Positions 1 to 9,599 are shown, counted from the first letter of the stretch. The stretch: DNA of 64,000 nucleotides from Calditrichaceae bacterium (GCA_050173015.1 JBFXLE010000002.1:32001-96000); one strand, 5' to 3'. Numbers and translations: made by a program. Notes: generated by a model from the letters alone, not told the origin.

Positions 1-648
1 GTCGCGGGATTCTGGGCTATCCAGGGGCAGCTTTACGCGACAATGCCAAAGTACACTCTCCGTTTAGTGGGTGAACACGCGGCGCCGGAATGGTTGGCAA
101 ATGTCAACCCGCTGGTGGTGGTGCTTTTGGTGGTTCCGATAACACATCTTGTAAGAAAGATAAAACCTGTGAGTTCAATCGGTATCGGTTTGCTGATTAT
201 ACCTCTCTCCGCGCTGTCAATTGCTTTGAGTCCGGTTCTGCAATCTGTCACCGGTCAGTCGGTTGAGTTTTTCGGCCTCTTTTCTCTTCATCCGATCACG
301 GTCATGCTCATCGTGGGCATCGCGCTCCAGGGTCTCGCGGAAAGCTTCCTTTCGCCCCGCTTTCTTGAATACGCGTCAAGGCAGGCGCCAAAAGGAGAGG
401 AAGGGCTGTATATGGGATATTCGCACCTTACGACGTTTTTTGCGTGGCTTTTCGGTTTTATCGCGAGCGGATATTTGCTGGACACCTATTGTCCCGACCC
501 GGCTTTATTGTCTCCGGATCAACTGGTTCATGCCTATGACAAAGCGCATTATATCTGGTATTACTTTAGCGCCATCGGCATCATCGCGTTTTTACTCCTG
601 ATTGTTTTTAAGGTGGTCACGGAGAGGATAGACCGTAGGACAGTATAA
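1..648 (+). CDS. MFS/POT-like transporter, 5' truncated by window edge
   Basis: Frame open from base 1 (VAGFWAIQGQLYATM...); multiple hydrophobic helices; NPLVVVLL and 'ESFLSPRFLEYASRQAPKGEEGLYMG' resemble POT/MFS C-terminal motifs. Confidence 0.8.
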   Translation, partial: VAGFWAIQGQLYATMPKYTLRLVGEHAAPEWLANVNPLVVVLLVVPITHLVRKIKPVSSIGIGLLIIPLSALSIALSPVLQSVTGQSVEFFGLFSLHPITVMLIVGIALQGLAESFLSPRFLEYASRQAPKGEEGLYMGYSHLTTFFAWLFGFIASGYLLDTYCPDPALLSPDQLVHAYDKAHYIWYYFSAIGIIAFLLLIVFKVVTERIDRRTV

Positions 649-707
649 GTTCGAAAAAGATAAAACATTAAAGTAATTTTCACGTTTAGACAAGTAAGAG
701 GCACCCG

Positions 708-1223
708 ATGAAATCAAAATTGGTTAAAATAACGATGATCCTGATGGATGTGGATGGAGTATTGACGGATGGCGGAATAATCTATACTTCAAATGGTGAC
801 GAACTTAAGATTTTCAATGTGCAGGACGGAATGGGCATCACACTCGCAAAGATGGGCGGTCTGAAAACAGGGATCATCACGGGAAGAAATTCCGAGCTGG
901 TGCGTCGCCGGGCGGAAGAATTGAAATTTGATATAATCTCACAGGGAAGTTTTGATAAATTAGGGCCTTACATGGATATCAAAAAACAGTTCAATTTAAA
1001 AGATGAAGAAATTTGCTATATCGGTGATGATATTCTTGATCTGAGTATTCTGAATCGGGTGGGTTTTAGCGTGGCTGTCTCAAACGCGCGTGATGAGGTT
1101 AAAGCCTCCTGTGATTACATAACCGATGCTCCCGGCGGGCGCGGCGCGGTAAGAGAAGTTATCGATAAAATATTAAAGAGGCAGGAAAAGTTGCACGCTC
1201 TGATCGAAGAGTTGACAAAATAA
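708..1223 (+). CDS. kdsC: KDO 8-phosphate phosphatase (HAD family)
   Basis: DVDGVLTDG, FNVQDGMG, YIGDDILD, GGRGAVREV motifs; kdsD/lpt context. Confidence 0.95.
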   Translation: MKSKLVKITMILMDVDGVLTDGGIIYTSNGDELKIFNVQDGMGITLAKMGGLKTGIITGRNSELVRRRAEELKFDIISQGSFDKLGPYMDIKKQFNLKDEEICYIGDDILDLSILNRVGFSVAVSNARDEVKASCDYITDAPGGRGAVREVIDKILKRQEKLHALIEELTK

Positions 1224-1251
1224 TGAAAAAGCTCATTAAATCACTGGAATC

Positions 1252-2097
1252 ATGATGAAGCACCTTCATTTATTAGTACTTTTTGCCTTTTTAATCATGT
1301 TCGAAAATCAGGGTTTTAGTCAGGTCAATATTGCCGTGACGGATTTTAGAAATCAAAGTGATGAGTATATCCTGGATTCATGGGAAAGGTCGGTCCCGGA
1401 TTTATTGAGGTCTGAACTCACCCGTTCAGATGAGCTTATTGTACTTGACCGATCCAGACTCGAATCTGTTTTGGAAGAACAGGCGCTTTATCTTAGCGGA
1501 TTGATGGATACATCTCAGGCCATGAAGGCGGGTAATTTACTAGGCGCTGAATTTATCATATCCGGAACGATGCACCAGATTGATGGAGTTTACCGTATCA
1601 CCGCTGATATCATCCGCGTAAAAACCGGTCAGATAAATTCGGAGACTGTGGAAGCGCCGGATCGAAAACATCTAAAGGAAATGGTAGAACTTCTCGGAAA
1701 TAATATCCGATATATGCTTACCGGGAGGGGAAATTATATCGCGAAAATCTCTCTGGCGCCTTATCCTACCTGGTATTTTCTGGGAGCCGCGGCAGGTTTG
1801 GGTACGGCGACGGTATTTGCTAATCTGACGTATCTGGATAATCGCGATAAATACCGGGATACGGAAAAGCTGGAAAAATTTGATACATACTATGACAGAG
1901 CCGATAATGCCAGAACGATGACATATATATTCGCTTCTTTAACCGGCGGCGCCTTGGCGGGATCACTTTATTGCTGGTTAAAAAATCGTTCAGCGAATGA
2001 AATAACGGCTTTAAAACCGGGGGGGGTATCATTGCGTCCCGGAATGTTTATTGGTAAAAGAGATGAGGTCAGGTTTAGTGTTCAAATTCATTTCTAA
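1252..2097 (+). CDS. Exported CsgG/TolB-N/FlgO-like domain protein with C-terminal hydrophobic helical hairpin
   Basis: Signal peptide; 'IAVTDFRN...VLDRSRLESVLEEQAL...AMKAGNLLGAEFIISG' fits CsgG-like fold; two hydrophobic helices; C-terminal Phe. Confidence 0.7.
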   Translation: MMKHLHLLVLFAFLIMFENQGFSQVNIAVTDFRNQSDEYILDSWERSVPDLLRSELTRSDELIVLDRSRLESVLEEQALYLSGLMDTSQAMKAGNLLGAEFIISGTMHQIDGVYRITADIIRVKTGQINSETVEAPDRKHLKEMVELLGNNIRYMLTGRGNYIAKISLAPYPTWYFLGAAAGLGTATVFANLTYLDNRDKYRDTEKLEKFDTYYDRADNARTMTYIFASLTGGALAGSLYCWLKNRSANEITALKPGGVSLRPGMFIGKRDEVRFSVQIHF

Positions 2098-2851
2098 AGC
2101 AATGCTCATCTGGTTTCTGGTGCTCTCCTGTGATGATTTACCGCGGGATAATCCGCTTGATCCCAAAAACAGCTCAGGTTACCGGGAATCCGTAGTGCTC
2201 ATAGAAGCGTTTGTGAATACATATAATCCCTATCAATATAATGAATTCACACTCGAAGCCCTCGATGAAATTGAGAATATTTACGGGAACAGAGTCGTGA
2301 TCGCCGAGTATCACCGAAATATAACACTGACGGATACAATTTATCCCGATCCCTATCATAATGTAAAAAACGAACAACTCTATCGGCAGTACGTGGATGC
2401 TGCTGATCCCGGTTCAATAGGTGTGCCCGATGTTTTTATAAACGGTTATCAGAACAGGATTCAGGGCGCATCAAGTAGTGCCGCGGCGAGAGACAGAATA
2501 AGCAAAATTGTCGGAAATCTTGTCATTGAAAAAAATGAATATACGATCGAATCTGACCTGCATGTCAACGGTTCCGGTATTCGGGCGAATTGCAGAATAG
2601 CGCGGCTGGGATATCAATCAGCCGACGAAATGATGCTGAAAATGATTCTGATTAAAAGTTACGGCGAAGATGATTTGAAAAGAGTGGTGGATGATATTTC
2701 ACTTCCGGTTACTATTGCGGGACTTGAGGCCGGATCCTATATTGAAAAGGATATCGTTCAAAATTTTATAAATAAACCTGATGCCGTCATAATCGCATTG
2801 AGTTCCGACGATGGATTGACAATATATCAGGCTTTAAAGATAGATTTATGA
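2051..2851 (+). CDS. Lipoprotein, Omp28-like thioredoxin fold lacking CxxC (true start possibly GTG 2078)
   Basis: Lipobox LVLS-C followed by RDNPLDP; 'VLIEAF...RVVIAEYH...GVPDVFING' resembles the Omp28/Trx pattern. Confidence 0.6.
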   Translation: MVKEMRSGLVFKFISKAMLIWFLVLSCDDLPRDNPLDPKNSSGYRESVVLIEAFVNTYNPYQYNEFTLEALDEIENIYGNRVVIAEYHRNITLTDTIYPDPYHNVKNEQLYRQYVDAADPGSIGVPDVFINGYQNRIQGASSSAAARDRISKIVGNLVIEKNEYTIESDLHVNGSGIRANCRIARLGYQSADEMMLKMILIKSYGEDDLKRVVDDISLPVTIAGLEAGSYIEKDIVQNFINKPDAVIIALSSDDGLTIYQALKIDL

Positions 2852-3540
2852 TCATGAGAAAATATTTTCTGTTATCAGGGGCTTTAATCATCCTTAGTTT
2901 TATCGGGTGCGATACGATTGAAGATATTATCGATCCCTATGACGCTCCGATTATTTCAGACGAAGGTATTGTGCTGTCAGCGGGAAATCTGACGATTGGC
3001 GACACACTGACCGCATCTGTCAGCGCCACAAATTCCGAGGCGGGACCGTTAACTTACCAATGGTCATCGCCGGCGGGAGGCATGTTTATTCAGCCGTCCG
3101 ATTCATCCCGGGTTCGATGGATTGCGCCTCTGAAAGGGGATGTGTACACAATAAGGGTAAAAGTCTCGAACGAGAAAAAAAGCGCGGAAGCAAGCAGGGA
3201 TGTTAATGTGATAAGTCCTGAAAATCCAATCGTGAACATTCTCTCTCCTAAAGCGGGAAGCTATATTGTTCAGTACGATTCAGTTACGGTCATCGCATCC
3301 GCGGTTCATGATAATCCTCTGGCGGGTGTGAGATTGTTTGTAAACAACAATATGATTATGGAACAAAGTTACAGATTGGACAATATGTACACCATGCGTT
3401 TTAAGTCCACCGCTGAAATGATCGGACAGACAAAATTAAAAATTGAAGCAGAAGCGGGAAATCAATTTTCCAATCTGGGGTCGGATTCAGTCTTTGTATT
3501 TATAGAGGCAATTATTCAGGGAAAGGCGGGTATAAATTGA
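2848..3540 (+). CDS. Lipoprotein with PKD/Ig-like domains
   Basis: Lipobox FIG-C; 'GPLTYQWS', 'PIVNILSP', beta-rich sequence. Confidence 0.65.
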   Translation: MIMRKYFLLSGALIILSFIGCDTIEDIIDPYDAPIISDEGIVLSAGNLTIGDTLTASVSATNSEAGPLTYQWSSPAGGMFIQPSDSSRVRWIAPLKGDVYTIRVKVSNEKKSAEASRDVNVISPENPIVNILSPKAGSYIVQYDSVTVIASAVHDNPLAGVRLFVNNNMIMEQSYRLDNMYTMRFKSTAEMIGQTKLKIEAEAGNQFSNLGSDSVFVFIEAIIQGKAGIN

Positions 3541-4499
3541 CTAATATTGAAATCGGTAAAAAAGTAATAAATATAGAAGCGGAAGCGCTCTCGGCTCTGG
3601 AATCCAGAATTGATGAAAATTTTGATCGCGCGGTTGAGTTAATCATCAAAAGTACCGGCCGGGTGATCGTTACAGGTATAGGTAAATCCGGAGCAGTCGG
3701 AAAAAAAATATCATCCACGCTGGCGAGTACCGGAACCACGTCCTACTTTTTGCATCCTGCCGAGGGGATTCATGGTGACCTGGGCATGGTGCATAAAAAT
3801 GATGTGGTAATCGCCATTTCCAAAAGCGGGGAAACCGCTGAAATTTTGCACCTGCTGCCATCCTTTCGCAGATTAGATGTGCCAGTCGTGGCGTTTACCG
3901 GAAAAAAAACATCAACCCTGGCGCGATATGCGGAGATAATTCTGGATATCAATGTAAAGGAAGAGGCATGTCCGCTCGATCTCGCGCCGACAGCGAGTAC
4001 TACCGTCACCCTGGCAATGGGCGACGCTCTGGCTATTGCTCTTCTGGAAAGAAGGGGCTTTTCGGCTGATGATTTCGCGCTTCTTCATCCGGGAGGTACG
4101 CTCGGTAAGAAATTACTGTTACGTGTATCGGATATCATGGAGAAGGAACAAAACTTGCCATTTTGTTTTGAAGATGATCTGATGCGTGTAGCTATCCTGG
4201 AAATGGCGCATAAAAGGGGACTTTGTCCGGTTGTTGACAGGGAGATGCACCCGGTCGGAGTCATTACCACCGGTGATCTAAACCGTCTCGTTGAAAAAAC
4301 TGAGAATTTTTTTAATATACCGGTCACTCAGGTTATGAACCGTCATCCCAAAACGCTTGATGGAGAAGATCTGGCGGTTATGGCATATCGTGAGATGGAA
4401 AAATTCCGGGTGATCGCCATGCCTGTTATAGATGCCGATAAAAAACTGATCGGCGTCGTTCATCTGCATGATTTGATGCAGGAAGGGATCTCAGCGTGA
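3537..4499 (+). CDS. kdsD: Arabinose-5-phosphate isomerase (KpsF/GutQ; SIS + CBS)
   Basis: GIGKSG, HPAEGIHGDLG, EEACPLDLAPTAST, HPGGTLG, C-terminal CBS pair. Confidence 0.96.
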   Translation: MTNIEIGKKVINIEAEALSALESRIDENFDRAVELIIKSTGRVIVTGIGKSGAVGKKISSTLASTGTTSYFLHPAEGIHGDLGMVHKNDVVIAISKSGETAEILHLLPSFRRLDVPVVAFTGKKTSTLARYAEIILDINVKEEACPLDLAPTASTTVTLAMGDALAIALLERRGFSADDFALLHPGGTLGKKLLLRVSDIMEKEQNLPFCFEDDLMRVAILEMAHKRGLCPVVDREMHPVGVITTGDLNRLVEKTENFFNIPVTQVMNRHPKTLDGEDLAVMAYREMEKFRVIAMPVIDADKKLIGVVHLHDLMQEGISA

Positions 4500-5032
4500 A
4501 AAAAATTTTACTTATGATGTTTTTAACTGTGATGATTAGCTGCTCTGCTGAAAGCGATGAAAATAACACCGCCATATCAACCGAAGAGTATCCGGATCAG
4601 GAGACCTGGAATACCAATCTTGTAATAACAAAAGACGGTATGAGAATAGGATATCTGAAAGCGGCCCATGTAAAAAAATATTCCTCCAGAAAAATGACTT
4701 ATTTTGAAGACGGATTACAGGTTGATTTTTATAATTCAACCGGTGAACACACATCCGTACTTAATTCTGACGGCGGATGGATTCACGATGTAAAGCAGGA
4801 TATGTACGCATATGGGAATGTGGTGGTTGTCTCGGATTCAGGGGCGACACTTTACACAGATACACTTCAATGGGACAATAAGCTTCAAAAAATTATTTCA
4901 CAAATACCGGTAAAGATAACCACTAAGGATGATACATTATTCGGAGACAGTTTTATTTCGGATCCCGATTTTAGTAACTATGAACTGATAAATTCACGCG
5001 GCAGCAGCAGTAAAAAGATTATGGTTGAATAA
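4496..5032 (+). CDS. lptC: LPS export protein LptC
   Basis: N-terminal anchor/lipobox; 'GNVVVVSDSGATLYTDTLQWD' jellyroll; lies between kdsD and lptA/lptB. Confidence 0.85.
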   Translation: MKKILLMMFLTVMISCSAESDENNTAISTEEYPDQETWNTNLVITKDGMRIGYLKAAHVKKYSSRKMTYFEDGLQVDFYNSTGEHTSVLNSDGGWIHDVKQDMYAYGNVVVVSDSGATLYTDTLQWDNKLQKIISQIPVKITTKDDTLFGDSFISDPDFSNYELINSRGSSSKKIMVE

Positions 5033-6120
5033 TGTTAATGAAACGTTTCTATATTTTAAGCTTACTATGCGTATCTACCCTTGTTTTTGCGTCAAATGAC
5101 AGGCTTGATCTAATTCATGCCGATAAAAATATAGGGAAAAAGATAGGTAACGAGCAGCTTCGTATTCTATCCGGCAATGTGCATTTTGTTCAGGATACCT
5201 TAAGTATGTTCTGTGATGAGGCGGTTTTTTATGAGACACAGGAAAAACTGGAATTTAGAGGAAACGTTCTCATCGATAACCGGCAGAGAAAAATTCGGGC
5301 GGATAAAATTGTTTATTACCCCGAAACAAAACTCGCCGTCTGCACAGGAAAAGTGAAAATTACCGGCGAAAATGATTCTCTCTATGCCGAATATTTCACC
5401 TATAACTTTGAGCATAAAGATGCGTCGGGAAGAAAAAATTTATATATCCTCGACCGGACAAATAATGTACAGATTTGGGGAGACCGTGGCGTATATGATC
5501 AGAATAAAAAATATTCGATGGTTGAGCAAAATGCCCGGCTGATGAAAATAGACACCGCCTCTTCTGATACGCTGATAATTAAAGGCAGACGCCTCGAATA
5601 TTTCGATGTGGAAGATAACAGGAGAGCCGTTGTAAAGGACAGTGTAATTATTCTTCAGGGGGGATTAAAAGCGCGATGCGACTCCGCGGTTTATTATCCG
5701 GATCTGGATATCGGTTGGCTGAAATTGAAACCGATCGCCTGGTACGAGAATAATGAGCTCTCAGGGATTGAAATGAAAGTGCATTTCGATTCACTAAAAA
5801 TCCGTGATATCCATGTTTATGGGGATGGAATCGCGAAAAGCCTGGCGGATTCGGTTAAAGGGAGATACAATGAACTCAAGGGCAAAAGTATCGAATTTCA
5901 AATTGAAAATGATAAACCAAAAACCATAATTGCCCGTGATAACGCGATCAGCCTTTATTATCTAAAAGAAAAAGAAAATGATCAGGGGAGCAATTTCGCG
6001 ACTTCAGACAGCATTTTCATACATTTTAAAAATGGTGAACTTGACAGCATTAATATAATCGGCGGATCAGAAGGCATATTTTATCCGGAAAATTATAAGG
6101 GAGAAATGGGATTTGAATAG
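5032..6120 (+). CDS. lptA: Extended LptA/OstA-like beta-jellyroll protein
   Basis: Repeated '[17 protein letters not shown]' OstA-type strands; lptC-lptB context. Confidence 0.8.
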   Translation: MLMKRFYILSLLCVSTLVFASNDRLDLIHADKNIGKKIGNEQLRILSGNVHFVQDTLSMFCDEAVFYETQEKLEFRGNVLIDNRQRKIRADKIVYYPETKLAVCTGKVKITGENDSLYAEYFTYNFEHKDASGRKNLYILDRTNNVQIWGDRGVYDQNKKYSMVEQNARLMKIDTASSDTLIIKGRRLEYFDVEDNRRAVVKDSVIILQGGLKARCDSAVYYPDLDIGWLKLKPIAWYENNELSGIEMKVHFDSLKIRDIHVYGDGIAKSLADSVKGRYNELKGKSIEFQIENDKPKTIIARDNAISLYYLKEKENDQGSNFATSDSIFIHFKNGELDSINIIGGSEGIFYPENYKGEMGFE

Positions 6121-6862
6121 CCAGGATGAAAACGGGCTGATACTCAGAGGGCAAGACCTCGTAAAAATTTATTCAAAGAGACACGTGGTCAATGAAGTAT
6201 CAATATTTGTAAGACAGGGTGAAATAGTCGGTTTACTTGGGCCCAACGGGGCAGGTAAAACGACAACATTTTATATGATCACGGGTATGATCAAACCGAA
6301 CAGCGGTCAAATATTAATCAATGATAAAGATATTACCGGTTTGCCTATGTATCGCCGCGCCAGGAGAGGAGTGGCCTATTTGCCACAGGAAGCGTCTATT
6401 TTTAGAAAGCTGACTGTGGAAGAAAATCTGCTTGCCATTATGCAGATGCTTGGCATGCCCAAAAAAGAACGGAAACAGAAGTGCGAACAATTTTTAAATG
6501 AATTAAATATCACCCATATCGCAAAAAGCAGAGGGTATCATCTTTCCGGCGGTGAGCGCCGTCGAACAGAAATTGCCCGCACATTGGTAACAAATCCGAA
6601 ATTTATCCTGCTCGATGAACCGTTTGCCGGAGTAGATCCCATCGCTGTTGAAGATATACAAAATATCGTACACAGCTTGAAAGAGCGAGGTATCGGTGTT
6701 CTTATTACCGACCATAATGTCCATGAAACACTTTCGATTACCGACAGGGCTTACCTCTTGTTTGAAGGAAGAATATTAAAAGAAGGGACTGCTGATTTTC
6801 TGGCCGAAGACGAAGAAGCAAGAAAATTATATCTGGGTGAAAAATTTAAGCTTGACCGATGA
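6113..6862 (+). CDS. lptB: LPS export ABC ATPase
   Basis: [48 protein letters not shown]. Confidence 0.97.
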   Translation: MNSQDENGLILRGQDLVKIYSKRHVVNEVSIFVRQGEIVGLLGPNGAGKTTTFYMITGMIKPNSGQILINDKDITGLPMYRRARRGVAYLPQEASIFRKLTVEENLLAIMQMLGMPKKERKQKCEQFLNELNITHIAKSRGYHLSGGERRRTEIARTLVTNPKFILLDEPFAGVDPIAVEDIQNIVHSLKERGIGVLITDHNVHETLSITDRAYLLFEGRILKEGTADFLAEDEEARKLYLGEKFKLDR

Positions 6863-6873
6863 TTTTTAGATTT

Positions 6874-7314
6874 TTACGCGGTTGAGTTGAACGAAATATC
6901 CTTTTCCCCTAAATAGATCGTGTTTTCTTTTCCAAAAATCTTTGCTACGATCAAAGGTGAAAGGATTTCTGTTTGAGGCAGATGTACTCTGTTAAACGGA
7001 TAACCGGAATTCATCAAAAGGATTGAATCATCATCTGAGTATTCCGTATGATATCGATATCTTTGTAAAATTTTTTCAAGTTGTTTGGATGAGATCTCTT
7101 TAAATCTGATTTCCTTGTCCAATACAGGTCCCTCGTTTTCCTCTGGCAGGCTCTGCAACCGATCTTTATAATTTTGTTTGTATAAATCGATTGCCTTACG
7201 GAGTTTCTCCATTATATCATCAAGATATTTAGACTGTACATAACACCCCGGCAAGTTGATACAGGATGCTACATAAAAGTAACCGTCATACTCCTTTTTT
7301 ACGAAAATCTTCAT
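6874..7314 (-). CDS. HicB-like N-terminal domain fused to a degenerate HicA-like domain
   Basis: N-half 'DGYFYVASCINLPGCYVQSKYLDDIMEKLRKAIDLY' matches the HicB pattern; C-half 'ISSKQLEKILQRY...RVHLPQTEILSPLIVAKIF' matches the HicA pattern without GSH. Confidence 0.7.
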   Translation of the reverse strand: MKIFVKKEYDGYFYVASCINLPGCYVQSKYLDDIMEKLRKAIDLYKQNYKDRLQSLPEENEGPVLDKEIRFKEISSKQLEKILQRYRYHTEYSDDDSILLMNSGYPFNRVHLPQTEILSPLIVAKIFGKENTIYLGEKDISFNSTA

Positions 7315-7371
7315 GACGATTCCTTATTAAATAAAGGGTGTCACAGTGACAAAAACTTCGTCATCATTCAA

Positions 7372-7400
7372 AAGATATGAGTCATCCTATAAGAAGTCAA
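7372..7400 (-). promoter_or_regulatory. sigma70-type promoter for the HicB-HicA fusion gene
   Basis: Minus strand TTGACT-17 nt-TATCTT. Confidence 0.6.
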
Positions 7401-7494
7401 TGCCAATATAAATTAGTTGAACAAGAAAAAATCTGCAATTTCTTTAATAATCGCGAATCAATGGCTAATTATAATTCATAAACACAAAACAAAC

Positions 7495-7554
7495 TCAATT
7501 TATGCCCGAAATTGCCGAAACATTTTATAAAGTGAGTTCAAAATTTATCGATAA
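7495..7554 (+). promoter_or_regulatory. Tandem sigma28(FliA)-like promoter motifs upstream of the sensor kinase
   Basis: TCAAT-N14-GCCGAAAC (7495-7521) and TAAAG-N14-ATCGATAA (7528-7554) versus consensus TAAAG-N14-GCCGATAA. Confidence 0.4.
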
Positions 7555-7562
7555 AGGCAATT

Positions 7563-9599
7563 TTGAATATTTCAAAGCAGTCTGTAAGAACGAAATATAT
7601 TCTTTACATCCTTACAATGTTGATTCTTGTGAATCTTATCGTAATACTGTTTTATCCCAGACTTGTTTATCTCAATTCCCTGAGCAATATGCAGAATGAA
7701 TTCGAAAAACATGTAAAATTCATCACTTCGGCTGTTATAAATGAAAATGAAAGCGATCAGACATTTTCTGAGGAATTAGTGAGTTTTCTTGAACACTACC
7801 CGGGAATACGATATGCATGTGTAAAATTTGATGACCGCACCGTATTTTATCCCGCCGATTCGATGAGGATGGATGTCATTGAATCTCTTGATCCGGGACA
7901 GGTTCACAATATTAACGGTGAGCCTGTTTTTGTGCTGATCTCCGAATGCAATCGTCGCGGGGCAGAGCAGACCACTATAAAAATCTACGCCGGACTGGCG
8001 CCTGAAAAGGCAGGACTTGAAAAAGACAGCGCGATCTACGCAACGATAGTATTCTTTTTATTAACAATGTTTGCCTCGAGTTTGTTGATTCATTTTTTGA
8101 ACCGAATTGTCACAAATCCAACAAGAAAGCTATTAAACATTACTAAACTGCTTTCGGCGGGACAGGTAAAATCGGATAAGATTATAAGTGAATCAAAGGA
8201 ATTCAGGGAAATCAGCGGGAATATATCAGAATTGTCGGGGCAGATTGCCGAATTGAGACAGTTTAAAGAAGATATGCCCAACCTCCTGGACCTTGCGCAT
8301 AAAAAGGAGCGGATGATCCAGGACGCGCTCGATCGTGAAATTGAAATTATGTCCGGACTGGTGCACTTATCCATAGAACTAAAAAAAACAAAATCCAAAT
8401 TTTCAATTTTTTCACGAATTAATCAGGATATTACTGAAAGTTTCGGATATCACATTAGTTTTTTCTTTATTCGGGAGGGGAACTCCTTACGCTATTACAG
8501 TTCACAAATCAAAGGCCTTACTCTCATCAATGATAAACTGGCCAAAGAGTTTGTGGGTTATATTATCCCGGAGAATACAAAAGAATTTATTGAAATAAAT
8601 CAGTCAAATAAATTTATATCATCCACGCCACCTTTTCAGAGCATTCTCGATAAATTTAATCTTAAGGGGACCTTTGCCTTTATTCCTGTTTCCACCTCCA
8701 CACAGAGGCATGGAGCAATAGTGGTAGGGTATCTGGGTGAGAATAAAAGAATATCCGATCAGGATTTGGAGAAAATGGTTCTGCTGGCGAATACCATTGC
8801 CTTTAGCGCGGAGAATTTTGATGTCTTGGCAACCCTCGAGAAAAAAGTGCGTTTACGTACCACTGAGCTCGAAACGACAAATAAATTGCTGGCTGAGTCG
8901 ATTCGTGAAAAAGACAATATGTTAAAACTGGTTTCACATGACTTAAACGCTCCGCTCAGGAATGTGGTGGGGCTGCTGGATTCAATCCATCGTAAATATA
9001 ACGGTCAGCTTGAACCGGATATTATGGATCGTCTTGAAAGAATCCGCAGAAACATGGAAAAAGAAATGCAGATGATCAAGGATATACTAATCAGTTTTAA
9101 AACATTAGAGCAGCACAGTCCCGCCGCGGAAATAGATATGAACATGCTTGTGGAGTCAATTAAAGATGATTTGCAGTTTGAATTTGATAAAAAACATGTG
9201 GTTATTCATATTAATCAAAAATTACCGGTGATTTTTTCAAACTACCATCTTGTCAAACATATATTTTTAAATTTAATAGATAACGCATGTAAATATTTTC
9301 CGGAAAACCATGAAAATAATCAAATAGATATCTCTTTTACGCAAAATTCAGAGGAATTTATTTTTGCAATCTCAGATAACGGAGTTGGTATTCCCCTCAA
9401 CAAACAACAGGATATTTTTCAAAGTTATAAAAAACTCCCGGCATTTTATCCTTCCGCCTCGTTTGGAACGGGTTTGGGATTAACACTTGTTAAAAATATG
9501 GTTGAGAAGCTTGCCGGAAGGATGTGGCTTGAAAGTTCTCCCGGCGCAGGCAGCACATTTTTTATTAGCTTAAGGAAGTTAGATTTCAACCGAATATGA
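7563..9599 (+). CDS. Membrane sensor histidine kinase (2 TM, HAMP, GAF, HisKA, HATPase)
   Basis: H-box VSHDLNAPL, N-box NLIDNACKY, G1 DNGVGIP, G2 GTGLGL. Confidence 0.93.
   Translation: MNISKQSVRTKYILYILTMLILVNLIVILFYPRLVYLNSLSNMQNEFEKHVKFITSAVINENESDQTFSEELVSFLEHYPGIRYACVKFDDRTVFYPADSMRMDVIESLDPGQVHNINGEPVFVLISECNRRGAEQTTIKIYAGLAPEKAGLEKDSAIYATIVFFLLTMFASSLLIHFLNRIVTNPTRKLLNITKLLSAGQVKSDKIISESKEFREISGNISELSGQIAELRQFKEDMPNLLDLAHKKERMIQDALDREIEIMSGLVHLSIELKKTKSKFSIFSRINQDITESFGYHISFFFIREGNSLRYYSSQIKGLTLINDKLAKEFVGYIIPENTKEFIEINQSNKFISSTPPFQSILDKFNLKGTFAFIPVSTSTQRHGAIVVGYLGENKRISDQDLEKMVLLANTIAFSAENFDVLATLEKKVRLRTTELETTNKLLAESIREKDNMLKLVSHDLNAPLRNVVGLLDSIHRKYNGQLEPDIMDRLERIRRNMEKEMQMIKDILISFKTLEQHSPAAEIDMNMLVESIKDDLQFEFDKKHVVIHINQKLPVIFSNYHLVKHIFLNLIDNACKYFPENHENNQIDISFTQNSEEFIFAISDNGVGIPLNKQQDIFQSYKKLPAFYPSASFGTGLGLTLVKNMVEKLAGRMWLESSPGAGSTFFISLRKLDFNRI

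Noticed and set aside
6863-6873. Expected rpoN/hpf downstream of lptB
   Set aside because: Not present; lptB is followed by a convergent gene. Simple synteny difference, with no remnant seen
7386-7406. TTGGCA sigma54-like -24 elements (minus strand here; also + strand near 52418 and 62257)
   Set aside because: None has the GC at -12 with the required GG-N10-GC spacing
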